DNA of 63,719 nucleotides, filler included, from Octopus bimaculoides (GCF_001194135.2; 6 parts of 6 records of this genome joined end to end with filler, not necessarily neighbours in it), one strand, 5' to 3'. Positions 14,571 through 26,580 are shown, counted from the first letter of the whole stretch. Numbers and translations are program-made. Notes: generated by a model not told the origin, from the sequence alone.

Positions 14571-14618
14571 GTCTCTGATGAAGGAATATATAAAATATCC
14601 CGGAAATAGCTGTAAGAC
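14571..14618 (+). ncRNA. Minimal type-I hammerhead ribozyme-like motif
   Basis: GTCT-CTGATGA-A-GGAATAT ataaa ATATCCC-G-GAAA-TAGCTG-TA-AGAC. Helix I is GTCT/AGAC, helix II pairs 6 of 7, helix III is the near-palindrome ATAGCTGT, and the cleavage triplet is GUA. Confidence 0.65.
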
Positions 14619-14666
14619 CTTCTCTTTATAAATGTTCTGAAATCTTTCAAAGCCTTGGATTTTTAT

Positions 14667-14898
14667 TCTTTCACTTGTTTCAGTCATTTAACTGCGGCCA
14701 TACTGGAACACCACCTTTAGTCGAACAAATCGATCCAAGCAGTAATTCTTTGTAAGCCTAGTAGTTATTCTCTCGGTCATTTTGCTGAACTGCTAAGTTA
14801 CGGGGACGAAAACACGCCAGCATCGGTTGTCAAGCGATGGTTGGGGACAAACACTGACACACAAGTACATATATATATTATATATATATATATATATA
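14667..14898 (-). mobile_element. SINE family B 3' half running into (TA)n and a gap
   Basis: It is colinear with 42633-42860. Further partial copies lie at about 880-971, 6590-6717 and 34545-34720. Confidence 0.8.
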
Positions 14899-15171
14899 NN
14901 NNNNNNNNNNNNNNNNNNNNNNNNNNNNNNNNNNNNNNNNNNNNNNNNNNNNNNNNNNNNNNNNNNNNNNNNNNNNNNNNNNNNNNNNNNNNNNNNNNNN
15001 NNNNNNNNGAAAAACTTAGAGACGTTAACCTTAATTTCAAGGTATTTCTACGCAGACACACAAATGTGCAAGAGATAACAATGAAATATCCTTAAAATTT
15101 TTCGCTGTTGCATTAAAAGAAAAGGCAATATATTGGAAAACTTGCATTCCAATGCTGATGTCAGAATAACT

Positions 15172-15478
15172 GGTCCTCCGTCGGTTACAACGACAAGTAT
15201 TCCAGTTGATCCGACCAATAGAACAGCCTGCTCGTGAAATTAACGTGCAAGTGGCTGAGCACTCCACAGACACGTGTACCCTTAACGTAGTTCTCAGGGA
15301 GTTTCAGCATGATATAGAGTGTGACAAGGCTGGCTCTTTGAAATACAGGTCTTACTCATTTTTGCTTGAAACGTGAGATAAAATGCCTTGCTCAAGGACA
15401 CAACGCACTGCCGGGAATCAAACTCGCGACCTCACACTCATGAGATGAATGCCATAAGCAATAAGCCAAGCGCCTTCA
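15172..15478 (-). mobile_element. SINE sharing the family A 3' half but with a different tRNA-like head
   Basis: 15172-15350 matches family A. Beyond tacagg the sequence switches to a head containing gtgtccttgagcaaggcatttta on minus. Confidence 0.7.
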
Positions 15479-15841
15479 TATCAGAAACAGATGTTAAACA
15501 CACACCAGTACATGCCCGCGCACACACACATTTAGTTTTAGCGTCAATCTTTAGACTTTGGTTTCACAATGGCGGTTTGTAGTGAAGTGTTTCATGTCTG
15601 ATTTGATGCCCGTTGGAGCGTTGAAGAGTATATTTTGCTTTGGTTAAGAGTTTATAAGTAAAGTAGAATTGGCAAGGAATCGTCGAGCTGGCGGAGTCAC
15701 TAGACCGTCGAATAAAATAGCGTCCGCCTTTTTTTTCCCGACTCTTTGCACACTAGTTCAAGCTTCGCCAATGCCATTTTTGCTTTTTATTTTTTAGTAT
15801 CGGGCGAAATGTTTTTTGTATTTGCTTCTGCTCTGGAGGTG

Positions 15842-16127
15842 GTCTGATCAATAAGTATCCAGACTGTTGTTATAGCAACGAAGCTAAAGCACGCAGAGTG
15901 AAGCCGCTTGACACAGATTGACCTTGAACTCTGCTGTGCATGCGCACTAAGTTTTAATGTTCTAGCTCACTTCCGCTGTTTACAAAAGCGCTTGGAAGGA
16001 AGATGTGTAGCGTGTGATCTTTGTATTGACCATGATAGAGAAAGTTATCATGGCGATACCTGCGGCTTCAATCTGTGTGCTTTAGCATCGTTACTATGGC
16101 TACAGTCCGGATACTTATTGATTAGAC
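15842..16127. mobile_element. MITE-like element with about 66-bp imperfect TIRs
   Basis: gtctgatcaataagtatccagactg...ctaaagcacgcagagtgaagccgc (15842-15907) is the reverse complement, with mismatches, of gcggcttcaatctgtgtgctttag...cagtccggatacttattgattagac (16062-16127). Confidence 0.6.
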
Positions 16128-16754
16128 TTCGCACGTTCTGAGTTCAAATCCCACCTCTGTTACTAAAAAAACAAACAAAGAAATACAAAATTGTTTGGTG
16201 GGGCAGCAAAAGTCCTTTAGTCGTGAAAAGTCTTTAAGTAAGGGCCTAAGAATTTAAGTTGATGATTCTTAATACCATTACACCATGCGACAGACGAGAA
16301 TGCAAGAGGACATTTAATGCTCGTGCGAAACCTATTTTGCTATACTTTGGAACGGTCATACTGTTAATGTACACGCACATGAGTTGTAGCTTTCTTCAAA
16401 TTTTAGATATATTGTCAGCCGTTTCTGAAAATATGATTCAATACTGAAGAGAAGCGCAATCAGTGCGTGTGCTAATGGGCTTATTAGAGGCGGGGAGAGG
16501 GAGAGAGGAGGCGGAGATAAACAGACAGGGATAGAGACAGAGAAATAGACAGCGAGGCAGAGAGACAGAGAGACAGACACACAGACAGGCAGACAGGCAG
16601 ACACACGAACACAGACAAACAGGTACACTGACAGACAGACCACCAGACAGACAGACAAGATTGGTTATTGTTGTTAACCAATCTAAAACCAGTTAAGAAA
16701 AGCACTCTGTGAACTAAAATTAATGTAAGCATCGTCAATATTATAAATACGATC

Positions 16755-16829
16755 AACATCCTCCTCCTCCTCCTTCTCATGATCATGATCATGATGATGA
16801 TGATGATCATCATCTTCTTCTTCTTCATT

Positions 16830-16861
<32 letters not shown>

Positions 16862-17631
16862 CATCATCATCATCATCATCATCATCAGTATCAACCGTCA
16901 TCATCATCGTCATCATTTTTCATTGCGACCATCATTATCGTCAATATCTCTATCATCATTAACATCATCACCACCACCAACAACAACAAGAACAACAACA
17001 ACAGCAAAACCAACATCAACAACAAGAACAACACTTATTAATGCTGACATCATCACTCCATCATCGTCAACAAGATCATTACCGCCGTTCCATAAACGCA
17101 ACCACTACCACCGCTACCATCATCACTTCCCAACCGACGCCGTCTCCAGAGACACCACCACCATCACCACCACTCCTCCCCTCATTCCACTACACACTGC
17201 TCCATAAACACAACCACCGATACCCCGCCAAGTCACCTCCACCACTACAAACCCCATCACCACCATCACCAAACAATAAATGCAACTCCTTTAAACGGCC
17301 CAACCCCAGCATATTTTACTAAAGAGAAGGTCCCTGACATTTCTCTAAAAATCCCACATATACTACTACTACTACTACNNNNNNNNNNNNNNNNNNNNNN
17401 NNNNNNNNNNNNNNNNNNNNNNNNNNNNNNNNNNNNNNNNNNNNNNNNNNNNNNNNNNNNNNNNNNNNNNNNNNNNNNNNNNNNNNNNNNNNNNNNNNNN
17501 NNNNNNNNNNNNNNNNNNNNNNNNNNNNNNNNNNNNNNNNNNNNNNNNNNNNNNNNNNNNNNNNNNNNNNNNNNNNNNNNNNNNNNNNNNNNNNNNNNNN
17601 NNNNNNNNNNNNNNNNNNNNNNNNNNNNNNN

Positions 17632-17686
<55 letters not shown>

Positions 17687-17796
17687 TTACTACTACTACT
17701 AAGACCTCCACTACTATTAAAAACTACCACCACCATCGCCACCGTCACCGCCGCCACCACAACCACCACCATCACCACCACCACCACCACAACCAT

Positions 17797-17845
<49 letters not shown>
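16755..17845. repeat. (CAT)n / (CAC)n / (TAC)n trinucleotide field
   Basis: Directly visible; it spans one gap. Confidence 0.9.
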
Positions 17846-17846
<1 letters not shown>

Positions 17847-18700
17847 AATCCCCTAATTTACAAAAATAGTTTTGCATGAGAAAGCAATTGCAGAAAAAGC
17901 TTACCAATCTCCCGTAGTTTTCGCTAGTTACTCTAAACATAAAGTCGATATGTAATAGCGAGAATGCTCCACCACCATCTCCGTCCCCTGTTCTCAGAGC
18001 TATTTGATTACAGAGGAAACCTGTATAATCACTTTATCGCATTTCCACGCATCTAGTAGCTTCTGTGACCCAAACCTTTGTTGAATAAATAGCGTACAAT
18101 AAGCGAAAGGGTACATTTGAAGAAAGAAAAGAAGGAGGGCAACTTAGCAAGACATGCTTCACAAGGCGATCTCCTTAATAGATGATAATAAGGGTTTTGC
18201 CCCCTTAATCAGGAATGGTTAAAACCTATTATCCTAGTCCCGTTCTATCAAAGACATGCTACTGAAACACACACACATACACACACACGCCCATCCGCGC
18301 GCGCGCACAAGTATTGGAACTTTAACGGGTAGTGTTTGGTGTCTATCTTAAAGGTTCAGTTTCATAGTTAGGGGTCTGGTAGCATCTGAATGTTACAGGG
18401 TGTTCTTTTCTAGGGGTTTTTGTTGGATAGCACACACACACGCATATACACGCGCGTGTATACATACATATATATGTGTATACATATATNNNNNNNNNNN
18501 NNNNNNNNNNNNNNNNNNNNNNNNNNNNNNNNNNNNNNNNNNNNNNNNNNNNNNNNNNNNNNNNNNNNNNNNNNNNNNNNNNNNNNNNNNNNNNNNNNNN
18601 NNNNNNNNNNNNNNNNNNNNNNNNNNNNNNNNNNNNNNNNNNNNNNNNNNNNNNNNNNNNNNNNNNNNNNNNNNNNNNNNNNNNNNNNNNNNNNNNNNNN

Positions 18701-18737
<37 letters not shown>

Positions 18738-18772
18738 TATACATATGTATATATATGTATTATGCATGTATG

Positions 18773-18803
<31 letters not shown>

Positions 18804-18826
18804 ATATATTCATGTATGTATGTACT

Positions 18827-18979
18827 TATGGATCAAAACAGTTTGATTCAAATTCGCTGGTACTCTTGACTTTCAAGCGTGATGCTAGTCGTAAGCCAAA
18901 TTCAAAATGGCCGATGATTAGCATCATGCTTGAAACTGAAGTGTACCAACGAATTTGAATCAAACTGTTTCGATCCATA
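18827..18979. mobile_element. Foldback MITE, about 60-bp arms, TA-flanked
   Basis: The arm atggatcaaaacagtttgattcaaattcgctggtac...ttcaagcgtgatgcta pairs with tagcatcatgcttgaa...gtaccaacgaatttgaatcaaactgtttcgatccat. TA lies at both ends. Confidence 0.75.
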
Positions 18980-19878
18980 CATGGAACTCCCAATATATTG
19001 GTTGTTGCCCTCATAAATATCAGTAGAGATAGGTGTTATATGGCCATAAATATCCTCTTTGATTTTGTAATTATGCTGAGATGTTTTGAGCCGTTATAAG
19101 AAACCTAGTATCTGTACCATTAAGGTGATCTTAAAGCACTTCTTTCACGGGTCATGTTTCGGCTCTTTTATGAAGAATGCTTTCTACAAATGTCCTGAAG
19201 AATGTCAGATTCGATTGCCAGATGTTTAGAAGCTTGGTACCAGAAAGCTGTGTCGTAAATAAATATTACTAAATAAAACAGAGTGGTAATTGAAATTCAG
19301 TTGAATTAAATCGATTCAAATTAAGATTAAAACTGAGATAAAGGAGCAATTAAAAAAAAGAATAATTAGAATGCCATAACCTAAAAAAAAAAAGAAGAGG
19401 AGAGTAACTGAGATATTACAGGTGAAGCAGCACTGAATGAATTTAAATAGAATTTTAAAGGGGGATAATTAAAAGGGCGGTGAACTAAATGATACTGGAT
19501 ACTAATCAACGTAAGTCCTGGTACTGCTAATTAAATGAGAATAATTAAATTCAACGTGTAATAAACAAGTTCGCAAATTACATACTTAAAATTGAATGTT
19601 AAATTTTAAGTCGTATTCGTTACGCTGTAAAACTATTTGAATACCACTCTGTTATGAATAGTTAAATATAACTGACCTTAAGTGAATTACTATTAAAAGC
19701 TTTTATGGGGTCTGTTTAATTAGGGAAATACGAATATATGAAAATGGAGAAGTTCCATGTTATATGCATAGCTACATTAGTACATTAATTTATACGATAA
19801 ACTACATATTGAGTAAATTTACTTGTTTGTATGCACTTCTCATTTCTCTTACTCATCTTTGTAAAAACTACCTATTTG

Positions 19879-19914
<36 letters not shown>

Positions 19915-20349
19915 CCTTTATGCATCGAAATCACTAAACTTCCTTTGACAAGTTACTCAACTCACGAGCACTTTCAATGTTGGTGCAATACAATAGTTGA
20001 CGCAATACAAGAAATACGAAACCTCTCGAAAACGCACTTTAAGAGTGCTCCATTTACCTGAACAGGTAAGATAAATACAATGAACATCTTAGCGTGTGAA
20101 AATCAAATATTTGGCTGGAATGCGTGCGTAAGATTTAGAATATACAGATTTGGTAACATAAATGTTATGGCAGATTCTTTAATGAAGATCTTCACACAGA
20201 TAATCTTATGTTGATCGTATTAAAAGCTGATACCATAAACAGAGTTTATCTGATCTATATCTTCATCTACCAGCTACTTAACAACCTTCTATCTTGAGAA
20301 ATACTCCCCAGCCATATTCGACATACGCATACAGAGACATAGATATAGG

Positions 20350-20850
20350 TATGCATGTATGTGTGTATGTGTGTGTATGTGTGTATGTATTTATATATGT
20401 ATGTATGTATGTGTGTGTATATTCGTACGTACGTACGTACGTATGTATGTATGTATGTATGTATGTATGTATGTATGTATGTGTGTGTATGTATGTATGT
20501 ATGTACGTGTGTGTGCGTATGTTTGTATGTATGTATGTATGTATGTATGTGTGTGTATGTATGTATGTATGTATGTACGTGTGTGTGCGTATGTTTGTAT
20601 GTATGTATGTATGTATGTACGTATACATGCATATATGTATGTATGTGTGTATGTATGGATGGGATTGCTCAGTTTTATTTCAAAATTTCTTGCCAATAGA
20701 GAAAAAGCCTGTTTCTAACCTAGATCCAAGGTTTCTTCACTGGAATTTCAACAACAACAACAGGATATTGTTGTTTGTATGTATGTATGTATGTGTGTGT
20801 GTATGTATGTATGTATGTATGTATGTATGTATGTATGTTTGTATGTATGC
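20350..20850. repeat. (TGTA)n microsatellite field
   Basis: Directly visible. Confidence 0.95.
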
Positions 20851-21633
20851 CAAAAGAACATCTCCAGGTACGGTGTCGATCGAGATCAACGTAGACAGTG
20901 TCATGTACTTCATTACTAACCAACGGCTATATGAAGCTGCTACTACTACTACTACTACTAATAATAATAATGGTTTCAAATTTTGCCACAAGGGCGGCAA
21001 TTTTGGGGGAGGGATAAGTCTATTACATCGACACCAGTGCGTAACTGGTACTTATTTTATCGACGCCGAAATGAAGGAAGGAAAAGTCGACTTCAGCCTA
21101 ATTTGAACAGAGAACGTAGCGGTAGAAGAAAAACCGCTAAGCATTTNNNNNNNNNNNNNNNNNNNNNNNNNNNNNNNNNNNNNNNNNNNNNNNNNNNNNN
21201 NNNNNNNNNNNNNNNNNNNNNNNNNNNNNNNNNNNNNNNNNNNNNNNNNNNNNNNNNNNNNNNNNNNNNNNNNNNNNNNNNNNNNNNNNNNNNNNNNNNN
21301 NNNNNNNNNNNNNNNNNNNNNNNNNNNNNNNNNNNNNNNNNNNNNNNNNNNNNNNNNNNNNNNNTCTTCTTCCTCTTCTTCTTCTTCTTCCCCCGTACCT
21401 AGAGCTTAACTTCCATCCTTTCCGTAATCCATACTAAACCTCTAAGATTAGAGTAAGATAAGTCAATATACACTGTCTACTCAATATTTACCGACCTATA
21501 TTCCTTTTAGTTGAGAACTTCGTTCGCGTCTAGCTTTCTCTCCCTATAGATGTGTGCTTGTGCGCATTCATGCTTGTGTTTGTAGGCGTTAGTGTGTGTA
21601 TGTATGTATATATATAAATATAAATATAAATAA

Positions 21634-21665
<32 letters not shown>

Positions 21666-21837
21666 GTGTATGTATATATATATATGTATATATGTGTATA
21701 TATGCATGTATATATAAATGTATATATGTATGTATATGTATGTATATATAAATGTATATACGTATATACGTATGTATATATGCATGTATATATATATGTA
21801 TATATATATATATGTATTTATGTATATATATATATAT

Positions 21838-22035
21838 ATCACCTGCACCTCCTCCAACCTTATTTACTGCATCAAATGTACCCTATGCAACCAACTCTAC
21901 GTGGGGCAGACGGGCCGCCGGCTGGCCGACCGTTTCACCGAACACCTAAGGGACGTTCGGCTAGGTTCGGACTCCCCTGTCGGCCGTCACTTCCAACTGC
22001 CCAACCACTCTCCCTCTAACATCTCCGTTTTTGGC
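21838..22035 (+). mobile_element. Penelope-like element GIY-YIG endonuclease fragment
   Basis: [66 protein letters not shown] has the LIY/YVGQT/R..EH pattern. It starts right after a (TA)n tract and runs into a gap. Confidence 0.85.
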
Positions 22036-22218
22036 NNNNNNNNNNNNNNNNNNNNNNNNNNNNNNNNNNNNNNNNNNNNTTAATTAATTAANNNNNNNNN
22101 NNNNNNNNNNNNNNNNNNNNNNNNNNNNNNNNNNNAAATATTGTTCACAAGATAGCAAATGGCACTCTTCTTTTAATTTTGACTCTATATCTTCAGAAGG
22201 AGTTACCTTAATCCTTTC

Positions 22219-22258
<40 letters not shown>

Positions 22259-22261
<3 letters not shown>

Positions 22262-22795
22262 GCCCTGATGCAGTACCAGGCAGTGTCTCTCATGACTTTT
22301 GATCTTAACTGATTGGAAGTGTTATCACGTACATTGTTTTGTCTTGATATAAAAGATGGGCTACAGCAAATATTCTGCTCAATACCACAGATTTGCTTGT
22401 CAGTTGCTTGACCTTAACCAGTTGACCATGTCCCTTAGTGGTTGACAATATGTGTATCTCTGATCACGAACAGAAGTGGTGGGGGAGCATCATAGTCATG
22501 TGTTGAGAGGAATTATTTGGGATTCGAATAATTTACCCCTGGAAACATGTATGCTTTGTCCAACATCTTTAAACAATCCTTATTCATGGAGCTTTTGAGT
22601 GGGATGGGCTACTCGACCTGAAGAAAATTCTAACTGGGCCCCACCTGCGAGGTCATGCGCTGTTTGTCTTCATATGAGATCACCATGTCGCGCACATATG
22701 GTTGTGATGCATGTGCCTAGTGTACCCTTATCAGACTGGGCTTCGTATATTTTACTCCAGTGTCATTTTGATGGCAGGCGCTGCTCTCTCACTCA

Positions 22796-22796
<1 letters not shown>
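22259..22796. repeat. Non-coding element of about 540 bp embedded in (TAA)n
   Basis: Complex sequence with sharp boundaries lies between (TAA)n at 22221-22258 and at 22797-22842. No protein motif was recognised. Confidence 0.55.
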
Positions 22797-22843
<47 letters not shown>

Positions 22844-22970
22844 CGGAAGAGGAGGGGGGTTCTAAGTACTTGAGAGACTGCTGAAAACTTGTGGCTCCTA
22901 AAGTTACAGGTAGTAACCTGCTCTCCACATAATTCCTACCACGAATAAGACTGAATGTGAGCCAAACTAA

Positions 22971-23400
22971 AATAATAATAATTTTTCTGACATGGGCACA
23001 AAACCTGAAATTTGGGGGAGGGGATAGTCGATTACATTGACTCCAGTACACGTCTGCTACTTATTATATCGACCCCAAAAAGATGAAAGGCAAAGTCAAC
23101 CTCGGCTGAATTTGAACACAGAACGTCAAGAACGAAATGCCGCTATGCATTTTGTCCTGTGTGCTAACGATTTTGCCAACTCGCCGCATTCAATAATAAT
23201 AATAATAATTCTTTCTACGATAGGTACGAGACCTGAACAGTTGTGGGAGGATCTAGTTGATCACACCGACCCCAGTGCGCCACTGGTACTTATTTCATCG
23301 ACTCCGGAGGGAAGAAAGGCATAGTCAGAACGTGAAACCGGAAGAAATGCCGCTAAGCATTTTGTTCGGCGCGCTAACAATTCCGCCAGCCAGTCTCCCT
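22971..23400 (-). mobile_element. Two tandem copies of SINE-like family E separated by a (TTA)n tail
   Basis: These are reverse-complement matches to the 45.4 kb element at 22981-23190 and 23209-23400. Other copies lie at about 10875-11160, 20975-21146, 41338-41545, 47660-47855 and 52880-53015. Confidence 0.8.
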
Positions 23401-23438
23401 AATAATAATAAAAAATAATGATAAAATTATTAACTTAC

Positions 23439-23526
23439 TATGAGTTTGTATTTTGAGTCAAACTTAAATACCGAAGAATCACCAGATTTTGCTAGCTCTA
23501 TTAATTTTGCACCACCAATAATAAAT
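23439..23526 (-). CDS. DNASE1: DNase I-family gene exon (FIIGGAKLIELAKSGDSSVFKFDSKYKLI)
   Basis: 88 nt between ttttttcatag and gtaagt, phase 2 to 0. It corresponds by position and sequence to DNase I IVVAGMLLRGAVVPDSALPFNFQAAYGL. Confidence 0.85.
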
Positions 23527-25235
23527 CTATGAAAAAAGGGAAAAACTGAATGAAGCAACATGGAAATAAATCAATAAAACAACCAAGACATTCTAAACCT
23601 ACGCTATAACCAGAATAATTTAAATAGTTACAGTAATCAGAATATTGTAAAATCGATACAGTAATCAAAACAAACAGAAAATAAGACATATCTATTTTAA
23701 TATCACAACGTGATTAAACGTATTCAGATTAAAATTCGAATTATTTTGAGGAAGTCTTTTCAACTTATTCTTTAAGGTTACGTAAATTACATTTGCAGCT
23801 ATATCTTTTCCTTTTTGTTTTTTTTTCTTTTCTTTTCTCTTTTTTTTTTCAAGAAATTTGGAAGTGACCTAATGGATGGTTGGCTGCTATTTTATAGCAT
23901 GACTACGCAGAAATTCCCTCGTTGGCGTCTGTCAAAACCGGTTCTTCATCTCGGTTAGAGATGTATGAGAGGCGAATTGCAAATCAGCAAGAAACTAATT
24001 GGGACAGTTGTTGTTCTGAGGCAAATAATGAATGTTTTAATACACATATACATTGGCATGTAATCTACTACTGTTTTAGTCTTTTGGCTTAAACCGTTCT
24101 GTTCATATGCGACTTTTAGAGACTTCAGCAGTAGGTAGTTTGGGATTTAAATGCAGGTGAAATTTCACTTGTTGGCGGGTTCTTCACCTCTGATCTAGGT
24201 TAGTAGTTCTGAACCTTGTTTTGACTATCTCACAGCTACGATAAGTATCGGATCTCTTCCTCATATATAAATATTTTTATTTATCCCCGTAACACCAATG
24301 AATCTGTCTATCAGAAAACGGGAGAATTTTATATAATTACCACTTATTATAGTTATTCTGTTCTTCATGCAGAATTCAACTGTGTTAAATTTTCTCATGG
24401 CATTATCATTAATTACTCACTTATTAAATATTTGTCATTCAGTATCTTTGTCATGTCAGTCTTTCTAACGGTAAGTACAAGTAAAGATTATGCGACATCG
24501 AGAAGCTCTCATAATATAGAAACGTATGCAGAATTGTTACTGTACTTGCTATAGATAAAACTCCTCTAACCTTGTCCTTCATTCAGGTTTTAATCATTTT
24601 CAGTTCTCAGAGTTGTCACCCTTACCTTTCTTGAAAAGAAATGTTATTAACATTAATGAGTTTTCTTTCCATTACAGGTGTAATTTTAATTGATTAAGTG
24701 GTTTTGCTCACACTAAGTATATTAACTCACAATATATAACTATCAGTTATTTTACTATCAATGGTGAATTTCAGATCTTGAATTTAAAGTGTTTTGTTGT
24801 ATTGCATTAGGAATAAAACAATTCTTTTCTGAAACATTAAAGTAAAACTCACATCCTCGCCAAGCCCCCTTCTCGAAAACCCTATTGATTCTCTTTAAGG
24901 AGTGAGGCGTTGCTTCCTTAGGTCGAGAAGCAACTGAATTTTGGCCTCGAGCCTATTAAAAGTCATAGCTTGGGCAATATAATAGGTTGTCCTATTCGCT
25001 ACATTTATTGCTTTGTGCTTATGCAGGATATTATTAGATATGTGAAATAATTTTGGTAAACATTCTGATGGGTACGTTTTGGTTTTGAGTGAGGGTGCAT
25101 GGAAGTTTTAATTGCTTTGCATAATAACCCGGATAATTGTCGGATTAAGTTTGAGGCTGAGATTTGTGAATAATTACGTATATTGTTTCTATAAATAAAA
25201 ATAACAGAACATTAGAGAACGAAAAATACATATAC

Positions 25236-25500
25236 CTGTCGTAAGAGCAGTCTGTAGCTGCTAGTGTTGTGTCCGTGCCATATTCTATTGGCCAGAAGTA
25301 TTCGTCTGATTTGAGAGATAATAACTTCTCTTCTTTCTTTGATAGATATCTGCACCCAGCGTTGAAATCACCCATTGCAATGAGAGTATCAATTTTGAAT
25401 TTATTTTGTCCCGCTTTAAAAACGTCAGCTAAGGCAGTAAGTTCACGAACGACAGTATCTGGGTCAACATGAAGGCCAATGATACCAATTTCTGTAACAG
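25236..25500 (-). CDS. DNASE1: DNase I-family gene exon with the catalytic LH and GDFNAGC...CSYDR segments
   Basis: 265 nt between ttacag and gtatat, phase 1 to 2. It translates to VTEIGIIGLHVDPDTVVRELTALADVFKAGQNKFKIDTLIAMGDFNAGCRYLSKKEEKLLSLKSDEYFWPIEYGTDTTLAATDCSYD-R. The equivalents of His134, Asp168, Asp212 and the Cys173-Cys209 pair are present. Confidence 0.95.
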
Positions 25501-26580
25501 CTGTAATAGAATACAGTTCATTATAATAATTAAATGCATACTATCATTTCAACATTATGAAAAACAAGTATCATGGTGTTTAACATCACTATGGTACTTA
25601 TTTTATCAACTCTTGAACGAATGAAATACAAAGTCAATCTCGTCAGAATTTGAACTTAAAACATAGAGAAACCGAACTAAATACCACAATTATTATGTCC
25701 ACCGCTTTGCTAATTCTGTTAATCTACAGCCATACATACATACATACATACATACACACACACACATACGTTATGTATGTATGTATGTATGTATGTGATA
25801 ATTTGTACGTGATATATGACGATGTCCTAACATCAGTAAAACAAAATGAAAATGTAATAATAGATAAATATAGAGAAAGACGGAAACAGGAAAAGGGCTA
25901 AAGTTATGATATTCGTCCATTGGTGATCAATGAAGTCATTGACTTCGACCACGTGACACTTCAACAGGAGTCACATCCCTGCAAGGAAGCAGAGAAACAC
26001 AACTGTTCCCACCAATACTAGGTATACTGTACGACCGAAACTACCAAAGTGTCGGTAGGCCAGTGTCGGAAATGTGTAATACCACGATCGCTTTAATGAA
26101 TGGTCTGCCGTCTATGGTTCCAAGCAGTTTCAACCATCAATAATCAATAAAGACCATAACTGACTCCGCGTCTCTTCAGTAAGGAATGCTGTCGTGTGGG
26201 GTGGAGTAGAGAATCGTTATTGTTCCCGACTGTATTACACTTTCTGTGCACCTGAAACCACGGAAGTGGTTATGCGCCATTGCCACAGACGTGCAAAATA
26301 CTTCAGCCACCACAACAAGACTTGGGTTTAAGTGACAAGTCTGTCAATCGTGTGTCATGCAATCTTTCCCGATTTGCACAGATGCAAGATGAGCGCAAGG
26401 CGTTTCTTTCTTTTTCAACGGAAAAGGAACTGTGCGTACATTGGCCCTACTCTCTCCTTTTCGCGCAATATGCCCAGTGGTAAGATGAAGTTCAGACAAT
26501 TGAGTCAATTAGAAAATGGAGGGACGATGCATACTCTGTGAGCAGATAAGGTTTTTCGTAAATTATAGTGTGGCTTACAA

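Noticed and set aside
20053-20068. Strong-looking splice signals on both strands
   Set aside because: They are explained by the palindrome TTACCTG-AA-CAGGTAA. The implied exons have no recognisable protein similarity.
22080-22091. TTAATTAATTAA islands inside N runs (also 42905-42916, 57015-57026, 59768-59779, 62556-62567)
   Set aside because: Each sits in the middle of a 44 N + 12 + 44 N = 100-nt block, so it is an artificial six-frame-stop scaffold spacer. Adjacency across these joins, such as PLE to LINE at 57 kb, is therefore not trusted.
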